Assembly (NCBI GenBank): GCA_963697335.1 | Contig: CAVONQ010000011.1 | Location: forward strand, 58,855 to 122,854 | Length of the DNA: 64,000 bases | Origin: an uncultured cyanobacterium | GTDB lineage: Bacteria > Cyanobacteriota > Cyanobacteriia > PCC-6307 > Cyanobiaceae | Reading direction: 5' to 3' | In this document: positions 30,620 through 41,044 of the stretch, piece by piece | Numbering within the stretch: position 1 is the first letter of the stretch | How the letters are laid out: each line of letters opens with the position of its first letter | Position numbers and translations under genes: made by a program | Notes under the pieces: model-generated | Database searches by the model: none | What the model was told of the DNA's origin: nothing | What the model saw: the letters and a program-made list of their open reading frames with translations, nothing else

Positions 30620-31834
30620 TCAGAGGGGAAGCGATGTCCAGAACTTTTCAAGGTCGGTGATGAAGGTGCCGGGGCGATAGCGCTGCCACAGTTTCTTCAG
30701 CGCCGATCGACGCCGTTCCAGCAGCGCCGGTTTGCTGGCCCAGGTGCGGCACCGCTGCGGGATGTTCCGTACTCCAGTTGGCGTATCGCGCAGAAAAAAC
30801 ACGGCCTCATCCCAGAGCTCCCGTGGCCCCGGCGGCACCCAGGTGTCAGAGAGCACCACTGGGATGGCCCCGCTGCCAATCGCTTCCCAGAGCCTGATCG
30901 TGTTGGGTCCGGTGCCGGAAGGACACAGGCAGAACACCGAGCGCTTGAGGCTGTCGATGTAGAGCTGCCGCAGGTGTTCCGGGCCCGTGCCCTGGGCCCG
31001 GGGGTCGCTGGGCTTGATCGAGCCGCTGATCTGCACCCCGTAGACCAGATCGTCATAGAACCAGTTGTCGTTGCCGATGATCAGGGCATCGCTGCAGTGG
31101 GCCAGCTCGCTGATGATCAGGTTGCGGTTCTTGGTGAGGTAGTGGGGTTTGGCCCTGGCGCCGATGAACGAAAACAGGATCGTTCGTTCCGGATCGTCTG
31201 GTCCAGGCCGGTGCCACTGCACTGGATACAGAGGGAAGGGATGCAGGCGAATGCCCGCCAGGTCGTTGTCGGCGGTGGTGTGGGGCCAGAAGATGTCGGT
31301 GATGCCCGCCCTCTTCAGGATCCAGGTGTGCTTGGAGAGGTACACCTGCTGGCACACGGTGATGCGCCGCTGCCGCCCTTCGCAGGCCTCGGTGATGGCG
31401 TCCAGGGCACTGAGCAGCCCATTCACCTTCGGGTTGCCCTTGTTGAGATGGTCGATCAGGGTGGCCCAGGGAAAGCCGATGTACACAGCTCCTGGTCGTG
31501 GTTTCAGCGCTTGCCGGGCACGACTGAAGGCATGGCGTTCCGTCACCGCTGGGAACTGCCACTCGCCATTGAAGGCCACCACGGCCTTCTCCTTGATCAG
31601 CCTCCCCTCCAGGCCTGGAACAACCTCGTGCTGGCCTGGTTGCCTGGTGACAGCGGTGGCCGCCCCCTCTGGCTTCTTCGTGCTCGCCTGCTTGGCGTCG
31701 GGTCGTTGCGCGGCTGGCTTGGCGGCGGGTTTGCGGGAAGCCGGTTGGCTACCAGCGGGCTTGTCGGGCTTGGCTTGTCGTCGCTCAGGCTGATTGGCGG
31801 GGCTCAAGGGGCATGAATCCTGGACCCATCGCAC
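30620..31834 (-). CDS. Exostosin family (GT47) glycosyltransferase
   Basis: RTILFSFIGA, LKRSVFCLCPSGTGPNTIRLWEAIGSGAIPVVLSDTWVPPG; low-complexity K/P/A N-terminus; start uncertain. Confidence 0.85.
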   Translation of the reverse strand: MRWVQDSCPLSPANQPERRQAKPDKPAGSQPASRKPAAKPAAQRPDAKQASTKKPEGAATAVTRQPGQHEVVPGLEGRLIKEKAVVAFNGEWQFPAVTERHAFSRARQALKPRPGAVYIGFPWATLIDHLNKGNPKVNGLLSALDAITEACEGRQRRITVCQQVYLSKHTWILKRAGITDIFWPHTTADNDLAGIRLHPFPLYPVQWHRPGPDDPERTILFSFIGARAKPHYLTKNRNLIISELAHCSDALIIGNDNWFYDDLVYGVQISGSIKPSDPRAQGTGPEHLRQLYIDSLKRSVFCLCPSGTGPNTIRLWEAIGSGAIPVVLSDTWVPPGPRELWDEAVFFLRDTPTGVRNIPQRCRTWASKPALLERRRSALKKLWQRYRPGTFITDLEKFWTSLPL

Positions 31835-31957
31835 TCTCCCACAGGCTGAAGGAGGTCCTGCGCAGCTCTCCTAACGTTCTGAGCAATCAAGAGATCCTCC
31901 CTGCCTGAGCCCACGCCCGCCGCCGGCGACTCCCGTGCCGCCCTGCTGCTACAGCCG

Positions 31958-32998
31958 ATGGACGGCACGGTGTGTCCCCCCTGGCCCGGTGGCCGCTGGC
32001 CCTGGTGGGGCGCCGATCTGCAGACCCTGCGGGACACCCTGCGCCCCGTGCGGCTGCCTGACGCTGGCGCCACTCCGCTGCACTTTGCGCTGGACCCCTC
32101 CCCTGCTGGCTCCGGGTTGGATGCAGGCAAGGTGGCTGAGGCTCTGCTGGGTCTGCACCTGCCGCCGAGCCAGGGCACGGGAGCCGTGGCGGGAACGGTG
32201 GTGGTGCTCCACGGCCTGGGGGGCAGCAGCGAAGCGCTGGGGGTGCGGCGGCTGGGGCTGGCCCTGGCCCGGGGCGGCTTCGGTGTGCTGCGCCTCAATC
32301 TGCGCGGGGCGGGGCCCGGGCGGCCCTGGGCAGCGGGCACCTATGCGGCCACCTGTAACCGCGATGTCTTGCCGGTGCTGCGCCAGATCAAAGCCCTGGC
32401 GGCGCCGGCACCGCTGCTGGCCGTGGGGCTGTCGTTGGGGGGCACGGTGTTGCTGAATGCCGCCCTGGCCGAGCCCGAGCTGCTGGCCGGCCTGGTCTGC
32501 GTCAGCAGCCCCCTGGATCTGGCGGCCAGCTCGGCCCAGATCGATCGACCTCCGCAACCGCCTCTACCAGCGCTGGTTGCTGCGCCGCCTGATCAGCCTC
32601 ACCCTGGCCGACCCCTTCGGCCTCGACAGGCTGAGCAGCGGCAGCGACTGCAGGGCGCCGCCGCTCCCCGCTCCATCCGCGCCTTTGACGCCGCCGTCAC
32701 GGCGCCCCGCTGGGGCTACGCCAGCGCCGAGGCCTACTACCGCGACGCCTCCCCGCTGCAGCGGCTGCTGGCGGGTGCGCCCCTGCCGCCCACCCTGCTG
32801 GTGCACTCCCTGGATGATCCCTGGGTGCCCGCCACGGCCACCCAGCAGCTGGCTGCCGCCGCTCCAGCGTCTTCTGCTGCAGAGGTGGTGTTGACGGCGG
32901 GGGGCGGCCACAATGGCTTCCATGGCCGCGGCGATGGCCCTTTGGCCACCTGGGCCGATCAGCTCACGCTGGGCTGGCTGCAGCAGCTGCTGAACTGA
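31958..32998 (+). CDS. YheT-like alpha/beta hydrolase with an internal compensated frameshift
   Basis: WWGADLQTLRD, VVLHGLGGSS, LNLRGAG, GLSLGG, RSIRAFDAAVTAPRWGY, HSLDDPWVP, GGHNGF. Confidence 0.85.
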   Translation: MDGTVCPPWPGGRWPWWGADLQTLRDTLRPVRLPDAGATPLHFALDPSPAGSGLDAGKVAEALLGLHLPPSQGTGAVAGTVVVLHGLGGSSEALGVRRLGLALARGGFGVLRLNLRGAGPGRPWAAGTYAATCNRDVLPVLRQIKALAAPAPLLAVGLSLGGTVLLNAALAEPELLAGLVCVSSPLDLAASSAQIDRPPQPPLPALVAAPPDQPHPGRPLRPRQAEQRQRLQGAAAPRSIRAFDAAVTAPRWGYASAEAYYRDASPLQRLLAGAPLPPTLLVHSLDDPWVPATATQQLAAAAPASSAAEVVLTAGGGHNGFHGRGDGPLATWADQLTLGWLQQLLN

Positions 32999-33338
32999 AG
33001 GGCTGGCGCCGCAGGATCCAGGCCTCGATCGGCACGCCCCCCACCACGTGCTCCCGCACGATCCGCTCGATCCGCTCCGGCGTGACGGCCCCATACACAA
33101 TCCCCGCCGGCCAGAGCAGCAGGATCGGCCCTTCGCTGCAGATGCGCAGGCAGTCGGCCTTGGTGCGCAGCACGATGCCGCCGGGGCGGGCCGGATCCTC
33201 CAGGCCCAGCTCCCGCACCAGCCGTTTGAGCGTGTCCCAGCTGGCGGCACCGAGGGCGGGATCGGGGCAGCAGAGCGCCTTGGTGGGGGTGGCGCAGAGC
33301 AGCAGGTGATGGGCGATCGGGGCTTGGGCCACGGGCAT
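32964..33338 (-). CDS. Thioredoxin-like (2Fe-2S) ferredoxin
   Basis: HLLLCATPTKALCC, RTKADCLRICSEGPILLLWP, VYGAVTPE..RIVREH. Confidence 0.88.
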   Translation of the reverse strand: MPVAQAPIAHHLLLCATPTKALCCPDPALGAASWDTLKRLVRELGLEDPARPGGIVLRTKADCLRICSEGPILLLWPAGIVYGAVTPERIERIVREHVVGGVPIEAWILRRQPFSSAAAAASPA

Positions 33339-33346
33339 GGCAGCGA

Positions 33347-34597
33347 TCAGGCGGGCAGGGCGGCGGGGGTGCGGGCGCTGAGCTGGGCGGCGGCCTCGCG
33401 CACCGCCTGGCGGGCCCAGGCGTCGATCGCCAGCACGTCGTCCAGGGACGGCTTGGCTGTGAGGTCGGCCCGGTGGCGGTCACACACCCGCTCGATCAGG
33501 CGCGGAATGTCGAGGAAATGCACCTGCTCCTCGAGGAACAGGGCCACGGCCTGCTCGTTGGCGGCGTTCATCACGGCCGGCATCGTGCCGCCGGCCCGGC
33601 CGGCGGCGTAGGCCAGGGCCATGCAGGGGTATTTGGCGGGGTCGGGGGCCCGGAAGCTGAGCTGGCCCACCTCCGTGAGGTCGAGGCGGCGCCAGGGGGT
33701 CTCCAGCCGGCCCGGCCAGCTGAGGCAGTAGAGGAGCGGCAATTTCATGTCTGGCCAGCCCAGCTGGGCCAGCACCGAGGAATCGGCCAGCTCCACCATC
33801 GAGTGGATGATCGATTGCGGGTGGATCACGATCTCGATGTGGTCGTAGTCGAGCCCGAACAGGTAGTGGGCCTCGATCACCTCCAGGCCCTTGTTCATCA
33901 GCGAGGCCGAATCCACCGTGATCTTGCGGCCCATGCTCCAGTTGGGGTGGCTGGTGGCATCGGCCACGGTGGCCCGGGCCAGGTCGGCGGCGGGCCAGTC
34001 GCGGAAGGCGCCGCCGCTGGCGGTGAGCTGGATGCGGCGCAGGCCCGGGGTGGGCACGCCGGTGGAGAGGCGGGCGGTGTCGGCCCAGGGGGTGCCCTGC
34101 AGGCACTGGAAGATGGCGGAGTGCTCGGAATCGGCCGGCAGCAGTCGGCTGCCGGATTTGGCCAGCTCCGGCAGCACCACCGGTCCGGCGGCGATCAGGG
34201 TTTCCTTGTTGGCCAGGGCCAGGTCCTTGCCGGCGCGGACCGCCGCCAGGGTGGGCAGCAGGCCGGCGCAGCCCACGATGCCGGTCACCACCAGGTCGGC
34301 GCTGGGCCAGGCGGCCACGGCGCAGAGGCCGTCGAGCCCCCCCAGCAGCTCGGGCAGCCGCGCCGGCTGGCGGGCCGGATCCAGGGCCGCCAGGCGCTGG
34401 CGCAGCTCCGCCACCCGCTCGCCATCGGCCAGGGCCACCGCCTCGGGCGCATGGCGCAGGATCTGCTCCAGCAGCAGGTCGAGGTTGTTGCCGGCGCTGA
34501 GGGCCACCACCTTGAAGCGGTCGGGAAACTCGCAGGCCAGCTGCAGCGTCTGGGTGCCGATCGAGCCGGTGGACCCCAGCACGCTGATGGCTTTCAC
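33347..34597 (-). CDS. dxr: 1-deoxy-D-xylulose 5-phosphate reductoisomerase
   Basis: [75 protein letters not shown] 34597. Confidence 0.97.
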   Translation of the reverse strand: MKAISVLGSTGSIGTQTLQLACEFPDRFKVVALSAGNNLDLLLEQILRHAPEAVALADGERVAELRQRLAALDPARQPARLPELLGGLDGLCAVAAWPSADLVVTGIVGCAGLLPTLAAVRAGKDLALANKETLIAAGPVVLPELAKSGSRLLPADSEHSAIFQCLQGTPWADTARLSTGVPTPGLRRIQLTASGGAFRDWPAADLARATVADATSHPNWSMGRKITVDSASLMNKGLEVIEAHYLFGLDYDHIEIVIHPQSIIHSMVELADSSVLAQLGWPDMKLPLLYCLSWPGRLETPWRRLDLTEVGQLSFRAPDPAKYPCMALAYAAGRAGGTMPAVMNAANEQAVALFLEEQVHFLDIPRLIERVCDRHRADLTAKPSLDDVLAIDAWARQAVREAAAQLSARTPAALPA

Positions 34598-34648
34598 GGC
34601 AGGGCTCCCTAAGGTTGCGGCGCTCCAAGTGTCCCACTGATTCCCCCC

Positions 34649-35572
34649 ATGGCCCGCGCGCCCTCCCTGCCCTACGTGCTGCTGTGTGGCCTGGCCATGG
34701 GCGCCGCCGATGTGGTGCCCGGGGTTTCCGGGGGGAGCATGGCCTTCATCCTCGGCATCTACGGCCGCCTGCTCGAGGCGGTGGCCGGCTTCGACCTCAC
34801 CTTTCTGGCCCTGCTGCGCCGCGGCGCCTGGCGGGAGGCGGCAGCGCGGGTGCAGCTCGGCTTCCTGCTGCCCCTGCTGGTGGGCATCGGCGCCTCGGTG
34901 CTGCTGCTGGTGCGGCCGATCACCTGGCTCTATGCCGACCACCGGGTGCTGCTGTTCGCCTTCTTCTTCGGCTTGATCGTGGGCTCGATCGTGCTGATCG
35001 CCCGCCACGCCCACTGGGGCGTCTCCGGCCTGATCGCCATGGCGGCCGGGGTGCTGGGGGCGCTGCTGTTCGTCACCCGGGTGCCGGTGACCATGCCCCA
35101 CGACCCCTTCACCATCTACTGGAGTGGCGCCGTGGCGATCATGGCGATGATCCTGCCGGGGGTGTCGGGCTCCTTTCTGTTGCTGGTGCTGGGCCAGTAC
35201 CAGCACGTGATGGAGGCCGTGAAGGGGCTGCAGTTCGGCACCCTGGTGCCCTTTGCCCTGGGCTGCATCACGGGCCTGCTGCTGTTCGTGCGCCTGCTGC
35301 GCTGGCTGCTGCAGCGCTGGCACGGGCAGACCGTGGCCCTGTTGGTGGGCGTCATGGCCGGCTCGCTCTGGAAGATCTGGCCGTTTCGTGTCGTGCTCGA
35401 GAGCGTCACCAACGCCAGCGGCAAGCTGGTGGTGTTGCGCGATGCCCTTGCCTGGCCCAGCAGTGGTCAGGCCCTGGTGGCCGCCGCCCTGCTGATGGCC
35501 GTGGGTGTCGCCCTGGTGGCGGCTCTGGAGCAGCTGCAGGCCCGCGCCGGCGGCCAGGAGATGGGCGCCTGA
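34649..35572 (+). CDS. DUF368 family membrane protein (undecaprenyl-phosphate translocase family)
   Basis: [25 protein letters not shown] and [19 protein letters not shown] duplicated motifs; GSLWKIWPF. Confidence 0.9.
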   Translation: MARAPSLPYVLLCGLAMGAADVVPGVSGGSMAFILGIYGRLLEAVAGFDLTFLALLRRGAWREAAARVQLGFLLPLLVGIGASVLLLVRPITWLYADHRVLLFAFFFGLIVGSIVLIARHAHWGVSGLIAMAAGVLGALLFVTRVPVTMPHDPFTIYWSGAVAIMAMILPGVSGSFLLLVLGQYQHVMEAVKGLQFGTLVPFALGCITGLLLFVRLLRWLLQRWHGQTVALLVGVMAGSLWKIWPFRVVLESVTNASGKLVVLRDALAWPSSGQALVAAALLMAVGVALVAALEQLQARAGGQEMGA

Positions 35573-35612
35573 TGGCCGGATGCCGGACACTGGGGCGATC
35601 GTCCTGTGCCCC

Positions 35613-36992
35613 ATGACCTCTCCTCGCCCCGGCGACCGCGGCCAGCCTCCTGAACACTGGAGTTCGGCCCTGGGGTTCGTGCTGGCGGCCTCGGGCAGCG
35701 CCGTGGGCCTGGGCAACCTCTGGGGCTTCGCCTACCGGGCCTCCCAGGGGGGTGGCGCCGCCTTTGTGCTGCTGTACGTGCTGATCGTGCTGCTGGTGTG
35801 CCTGCCGGTGCTGGTGGCCGAAATGGTGCTGGGGCGCAGCACCGGCCACGCGCCGCTGCTGGCGCCGGTCACGGCGGGGGGCCGCCGCTGGGCACCCCTG
35901 GGCTGGCTCTACATGGTCGCCGCCACGGGGATCCTCTCCTATTACGCCGTGCTGATGGGCTGGACGGGCCGCACCCTGCTGCATGCCCTGGCCGATGGGC
36001 TGCCGAGCGACATGGCGGCGGCCGAGGCCTACTTCACGGCGATCAGCAGTGGTGGCGATGCCGTGCTGGGCCACCTGCTCAGCCTGGCCCTCACCGGTGT
36101 GGTGGTGGCCGCGGGGATCCGGGGCGGCATCGAGCGGCTCAGCCGCTGGGGCATGCCGCTGCTGTTCCTGATGCTGCTCGGCCTGCTGCTGTGGGCCACC
36201 ACCCTGCCGGAGACGGCCGCCGGCTACCGCACCTTCCTGCTGCGCTGGGATGCCGCCAAGCTGCTCGACCCGGCCACGATCCGCAACGCCTTCACCCAGG
36301 CCTTCTTCTCGATCGGCACCGGCATCGGCGCGATCCTGGCCTACGCGGCCTACCTGGAGCGGCGCAGCCCCATCCCCCGCGAGGCCGCCAGCGTGGTGGC
36401 CATGGACACGGCCGTGGGGCTGATGGCCGGCTGTGTCACCTTCCCGGTGGTGGCGAGCTTCGGGTTGGGCGACGTGGTGAGCGGCAGCACCGTGGGCACC
36501 CTGTTCATCGCCCTGCCCACCGGCCTGGCCTCCCTGGGCCTGAGCGGCCGGCTGGTGGCGGTGGTGTTCTTTGCCCTGGCCTACATCGCCGCGATCACCT
36601 CCGCCGTGTCGTTGCTGGAGGTGCCCACCAGCTCCCTGATGGACCGCCTCGGCTGGAGCCGCCGCCGCACCACCTGGTTGCTGGTGCTGCTGATCGCCGT
36701 GCTGGGGCTGCCCTCGGCCCTGGATGTGGGCGTGCTGGAGCGCATGGATGCGGTGTTCGGCGGGGTGGTGCTGATCAGTGGCGGCCTGGGGCTGGCGCTG
36801 CTGCTGGGCTGGGGTGCCCCGGCGCGCTTCCTGGAGGATCTGCGCCAGTCCGGCAGCCCTGATGCCCTGGTGCGGCCCTTGCTCTGGGCCCTGCGCTGGC
36901 TGTCGCCGCCCGCCATCACGCTGGGCCTGGTGGTGTCGGTGCTCGACCTGGCCCGCAGTGGCGCGGCTGAACCCAGCCCGCCAGGGGTTTGA
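35613..36992 (+). CDS. Sodium-dependent transporter (NSS/SNF family)
   Basis: [57 protein letters not shown]. Confidence 0.93.
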   Translation: MTSPRPGDRGQPPEHWSSALGFVLAASGSAVGLGNLWGFAYRASQGGGAAFVLLYVLIVLLVCLPVLVAEMVLGRSTGHAPLLAPVTAGGRRWAPLGWLYMVAATGILSYYAVLMGWTGRTLLHALADGLPSDMAAAEAYFTAISSGGDAVLGHLLSLALTGVVVAAGIRGGIERLSRWGMPLLFLMLLGLLLWATTLPETAAGYRTFLLRWDAAKLLDPATIRNAFTQAFFSIGTGIGAILAYAAYLERRSPIPREAASVVAMDTAVGLMAGCVTFPVVASFGLGDVVSGSTVGTLFIALPTGLASLGLSGRLVAVVFFALAYIAAITSAVSLLEVPTSSLMDRLGWSRRRTTWLLVLLIAVLGLPSALDVGVLERMDAVFGGVVLISGGLGLALLLGWGAPARFLEDLRQSGSPDALVRPLLWALRWLSPPAITLGLVVSVLDLARSGAAEPSPPGV

Positions 36993-37002
36993 CTGGCGCC
37001 AG

Positions 37003-37257
37003 TTGACCCATGAACGATGGCTGCCACGGCCGGGCTGGCTGCAGCGCTGGAATTTCATTGAGCGGGCCCGGCTGGAGCGCAAGCTCTGGGATGCCTTCGA
37101 GGCCCGCGAGGACATCGAGGCCATGGTGCGCGCCTGCCGCGAGGCCGTCGAGGCCGGCGATGAGGGGCGTTCCTTCGAGCTTGAGGTGTGGCAGACCACC
37201 CTGGTGCGCATCCGCCGCATCGAGAAGCTGATGGCCGATCAGGCGCCGCCGCCGTAG
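37003..37257 (+). CDS. Small conserved hypothetical protein
   Basis: WLQRWNFIERARLERKLWDAFEAREDIEA...LEVWQTTLVRIRRIEKLM; start TTG 37003 or GTG 36958. Confidence 0.65.
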   Translation: MTHERWLPRPGWLQRWNFIERARLERKLWDAFEAREDIEAMVRACREAVEAGDEGRSFELEVWQTTLVRIRRIEKLMADQAPPP

Positions 37258-37267
37258 GCCTGCCGGT

Positions 37268-38765
37268 TCACTGGCGCAGCCACTCGGTGTGGCCGCCGGG
37301 ACGGTCGATCAGCTCGATGCCCTCGGCCTGGAGTTCGGCGCGGATGCGGTCGGCGCTGGCGAAATCCCGGGCGGCCTTGGCAGCCCGGCGGGCTTCGATC
37401 CGGGCCTGGATGCTGGCCTCCAGGGCGCTGCGATCGGCTGAGCCCGCCGCCTCAGCTCCCGCCAGGGGCTCCGGCTTCAAGCCGAGCACGGCCGCCAGCT
37501 CCTGCAGCAGCACCAGCCGCGCCGCATTCGCCGGGCTGGCGGCTGCTTCGGTGGCGGCGTCATCGCCCCGCTCGATCCGGTTGGCCAGGGCCCGCAGGGG
37601 CCGGGCCAGCTCGAACAACGCCGCCAGGGCTGCGGCAGTGTTGAGGTCGTCGTCCATGGCGGCCACGAAGCGCTGGCGCAAAGAGGCCAGCTCCGGCTCC
37701 AGGGCTGCCGGATCGCTCGCCACCGCCGCCGGGGTGATCGGCCCAGTCCCTGCGCTGCACTGGCTCGGGTGCTCCAGGCTGAGGGCTGCGTTGAGCCCCT
37801 TCCAGCCGGCGGCAGCGGCCTCGAGGGCCTCGGTGCTGAAATCCAGGGGCTTGCGGTAGTGGGCCTGCAGGGTGAACAGCCGCAGGGTCATCGGGCTCAC
37901 CCCCGAATCCAGCAGGGCGCGGATCGTGGTGAAGTTGCCCAGCGACTTCGACATCTTTTCGCCGCCCACATTCACCATGCCGTTGTGTAGCCAATAGCGG
38001 GCCAGCTCCCGGCCCGTGGCCGCCTCCGACTGGGCGATCTCGTTTTCGTGGTGGGGAAAGATCAGATCGGCCCCGCCCAGGTGGATGTCGATCGTGTCGC
38101 CCAGCTCCTCGCGCACCATGGCGGAGCACTCGATGTGCCAGCCCGGCCGGCCCTGGCCCCAGGGGGAGGGATAGCTGGGTTCGCCCGGTTTGGCCCCCTT
38201 CCAGAGGGCGAAATCAAAGGGGTGGCGTTTGCGGGCCTCCTCCGCCGTGGCCACCCGGCCGGCAGCGTTGTCCTGCTGATCCGCCAGATCACGGCCGGAG
38301 AGCTTGCCGTAGCCGCCATGGCCCATCACGGCGAAATACACATCGCCCTCGGCGGAATAGGCCGCGCCCTTGGCCTTCAGCTCGGCGATCATGCGGCGGA
38401 TGGCGTCAAGGCTGCCCGTGGCCCGGGGCATGCGATCCGGCGGCAGGATGTTGAGCCGGGCCATGTCGGTGCGGAAGGCTTCGATGTTGCGCTCGCTCAC
38501 CACTTCCATGGAGCTGCCCTCGGCGGCGGCACGGCCGAGGATCTTGTCGTCGATGTCGGTGTAGTTCTGCACGAAGGTCACCGCATAGCCGCTCCAGATC
38601 AGGTAGCGGCGCAGCACGTCCCAGGCGATGTAGCTGCGGGCGTGGCCCAGGTGGCAGAGGTCGTACACCGTCACGCCGCAGCAGTAGAGGCTCACCTGAT
38701 CGCGGCCTGAGCGGCTCAAACACCTCCATGCGGCGGGTGAGCGTGTTGGTAAGCCGCAGGGTCAC
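37268..38765 (-). CDS. cysS: Cysteinyl-tRNA synthetase (apparent 1-nt frameshift near 38701)
   Basis: [56 protein letters not shown]; the N-terminus [18 protein letters not shown] is in another frame. Confidence 0.95.
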
Positions 38766-38809
38766 AAGACGAGATGGGGCGCTGGGTTGGGATCGTGGCA
38801 CAGGCCCTA

Positions 38810-39088
38810 TCAGGGCAACCGCTTGCCCTGCCTATCGCTGTCCCCCGAAGCTCTCTGACCACCCGCTTGGCTGATCCGACCGACCACATAGCCGAGCAGG
38901 GCACCGGCGGCGAAGCCCTGCAATTGCCATATCTGGCGGCGGTAGCGGTAGGGCACTCTGCCCAGTTGGATTCCCACCACTACGGCGATGGCCAGGGCCC
39001 CGACCCCGATGCCGCGGACGAGGCCAGCACCGGGTTGTCGCCGCTGGGGAGGGAGATTGCTGCCGGATTCGGGTGAGGGCAGGCTCAT
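38810..39088 (-). CDS. Small two-TM hypothetical membrane protein
   Basis: GIGVGALAIAVVVGIQLG and FAAGALLGYVVG hydrophobic segments; ATG overlaps the upstream stop. Confidence 0.6.
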   Translation of the reverse strand: MSLPSPESGSNLPPQRRQPGAGLVRGIGVGALAIAVVVGIQLGRVPYRYRRQIWQLQGFAAGALLGYVVGRISQAGGQRASGDSDRQGKRLP

Positions 39089-40134
39089 AACTGCGCTGGG
39101 TGGGTGGCGGTTGGGTCGGCGGCTGCTTCGATCGTCCACTGGTTCAGCCAGAGCCTGCGCCAGCTGCCCCGGGGATCCTGGCGCAGGCGGCGGTGGCTCA
39201 GATACCAGAGGCGGTTGAGGGCAAAACTGCTGCGGTTCTGATCCTCCAGGGCCGGATCACTGGCGATGGTGGCGCTGTGCTCGCGGTTCAGCTGGGCCAT
39301 GGCGGCGTGGGCGAAGCTGCCGTCTAGCTGATCCACCTTGGGCGTGGCCCGCATCCTGTCGCGGTAGTCGAGGTCTTCGCCATAGGCCGGGTGGAAGTTC
39401 GGATCGAACAGCCCGAGCTGATCCCAGCACAGGGCCGTGATCAGGAAGGCGGAAAAGCCGTTCGGATCCGGCAGCAGAGGCAGGAACTGGGGCCGATCCA
39501 CGTTGAGATGGGCCAGGGCTGCAGTCAGCACTCCTGGAGCGAAGGTCACATCGTTGTTGGCCAGGAGGGCAACAGTGGCTTGAGGAAAGCTGGTGAGGAT
39601 CAGGTTCCAGCTGGCTGCCACCCCGAGGTTGGAGAAGGGTCTCGCGATCCGGATGCTTTCAATCATTGGATGGCCCAACTGGCGGATGGCTCCAAGCTGG
39701 GCCGCAACGGTTGAATGTGCAGGGCTGTTGTCAACGACCGCCAGGGTTTGTACCGGGTGATCGAGGCTATCGAGCAGCCGCTGCAGTAGATCCGGCCGGT
39801 TGAGGATTGGCACGCCGAGCAGCGGCAGGGGGCCCACTTGTGTGGCGCCAGCGGGGCGAGGGCCGGGGAGGGAGTCCAACACCTGCCAGAACCGTTCGAT
39901 CAGGTACTGATCACCCGTGCGCTCTGCCACATCTCCCAGGCAGCGCCAGAGATCCGGCTGCAGCAACTGGGCTCGGCTCGGGTTGGCTGGCAGGCTGGCT
40001 GCCCAGCCCAGCAACCAGTGGTACACCACGGCTCGTGCCGTGGGGAGGTGATTGGCTCGAATGGCCTCCTGCACCTCCTGGCCTAAGACCTCAGGCGTAT
40101 TGAGGTGACGCTGAATGCGTTCAGGAATCGCCAT
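39085..40134 (-). CDS. GT2-like glycosyltransferase
   Basis: LLGVPILNRPDLL, LAVVDNS, NLGVAASWNL, LLANNDVTF, LGLFDPNFHPAYGEDLDY. Confidence 0.8.
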   Translation of the reverse strand: MAIPERIQRHLNTPEVLGQEVQEAIRANHLPTARAVVYHWLLGWAASLPANPSRAQLLQPDLWRCLGDVAERTGDQYLIERFWQVLDSLPGPRPAGATQVGPLPLLGVPILNRPDLLQRLLDSLDHPVQTLAVVDNSPAHSTVAAQLGAIRQLGHPMIESIRIARPFSNLGVAASWNLILTSFPQATVALLANNDVTFAPGVLTAALAHLNVDRPQFLPLLPDPNGFSAFLITALCWDQLGLFDPNFHPAYGEDLDYRDRMRATPKVDQLDGSFAHAAMAQLNREHSATIASDPALEDQNRSSFALNRLWYLSHRRLRQDPRGSWRRLWLNQWTIEAAADPTATHPAQL

Positions 40135-40150
40135 TCATCGCAGTAGAGAC

Positions 40151-40179
40151 AAAAAAAGAGCCGGCTGAGCCGGCTCTTT
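40151..40179 (-). terminator. Rho-independent terminator of the RTX-like gene
   Basis: AAAGAGCCGGC-TGA-GCCGGCTCTTT perfect stem with an A7 tract on the plus strand, 30 nt after the stop at 40210. Confidence 0.9.
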
Positions 40180-40209
40180 GGACAATGAGTTCGGTTGGGA
40201 TTACAGAGA

Positions 40210-40977
40210 TCAGAAGTCAAGTCTGGTAGAACCATTGACCCACTGATCTGTGGTGGGATCGTAAGTGTACTCGGTGCTGCCAATAAAGAGGACGTCGCCA
40301 GCTTCTTCGCCAGTGATCGTCAAACCAGAGAAATCAACTCCATCAGCAATTCTTACAACGTCGGTGGCACCATCATCTCCACCAAGGTCAAGAGTTGTAT
40401 TTTTAATTTCATTTTCTGCCGCTTTAGCGCTACTTGTGCGGAACTCGATTGTGTCAGCACCAGTGCCTAGAGAGATCGAAGAATTAACGACACCACCTCC
40501 AAAGATAACTAGATCATTGCCCTCTCCCATGTCAATGGAAGAGCCAACAGCAGCATTTTTGCCGTTGGAGATGAATCTGGCTGTGTCATCGCCATCTCCT
40601 GCATCAAATGTGCTTCCTCGGAATGGGCCATACTGCTTGAAAGTATCATTTCCATCACCCATGTTGATGTTGGCTTTGATCGTTGAAGCCGTCTGCTTAC
40701 CAGTCGGTGCACCCAGGACAAGCCTGTCATCACCATCGTCGAAATTCGCGGTGAACCGCTGAACAGTTTTATCTGGACCACCAATGATCCTGACGACAGA
40801 GTCACTGCCATCATTGTCAACAACAGTGAAGTTGTTGATCGGGTTGTCGCGAATACTTTTGACAACTATTCTTCCGTTGACCTTCTCAACGGCTCTGATT
40901 GCGTTCAGGCCAGTGCCAGGTGGCTTGACTTCGCTCAGATCAAAAGCTGCTTGCTGAAGAGTAAGAGTTGCGGCCAT
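40210..40977 (-). CDS. Acidic Gly/Asp-rich RTX-like secreted protein
   Basis: Repeats FDDGDDRL, MGDGNDTF, AGDGDDTA, MGEGNDLV, LGTGADTI, GGDDGATDVV; no Cys, no signal peptide; ends in ..LDF. Confidence 0.75.
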   Translation of the reverse strand: MAATLTLQQAAFDLSEVKPPGTGLNAIRAVEKVNGRIVVKSIRDNPINNFTVVDNDGSDSVVRIIGGPDKTVQRFTANFDDGDDRLVLGAPTGKQTASTIKANINMGDGNDTFKQYGPFRGSTFDAGDGDDTARFISNGKNAAVGSSIDMGEGNDLVIFGGGVVNSSISLGTGADTIEFRTSSAKAAENEIKNTTLDLGGDDGATDVVRIADGVDFSGLTITGEEAGDVLFIGSTEYTYDPTTDQWVNGSTRLDF

Positions 40978-41044
40978 TTGATGTGAACTTTTGTCCAGGT
41001 GGACGAACCCTACCAGAAGGCTCCCAGTCTTTTGCCCCCTTTGT

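Noticed and set aside
34598..35716. Apparent 789-aa dxr fusion
   Set aside because: The extension is antisense to DUF368; dxr begins at GTG 34597.
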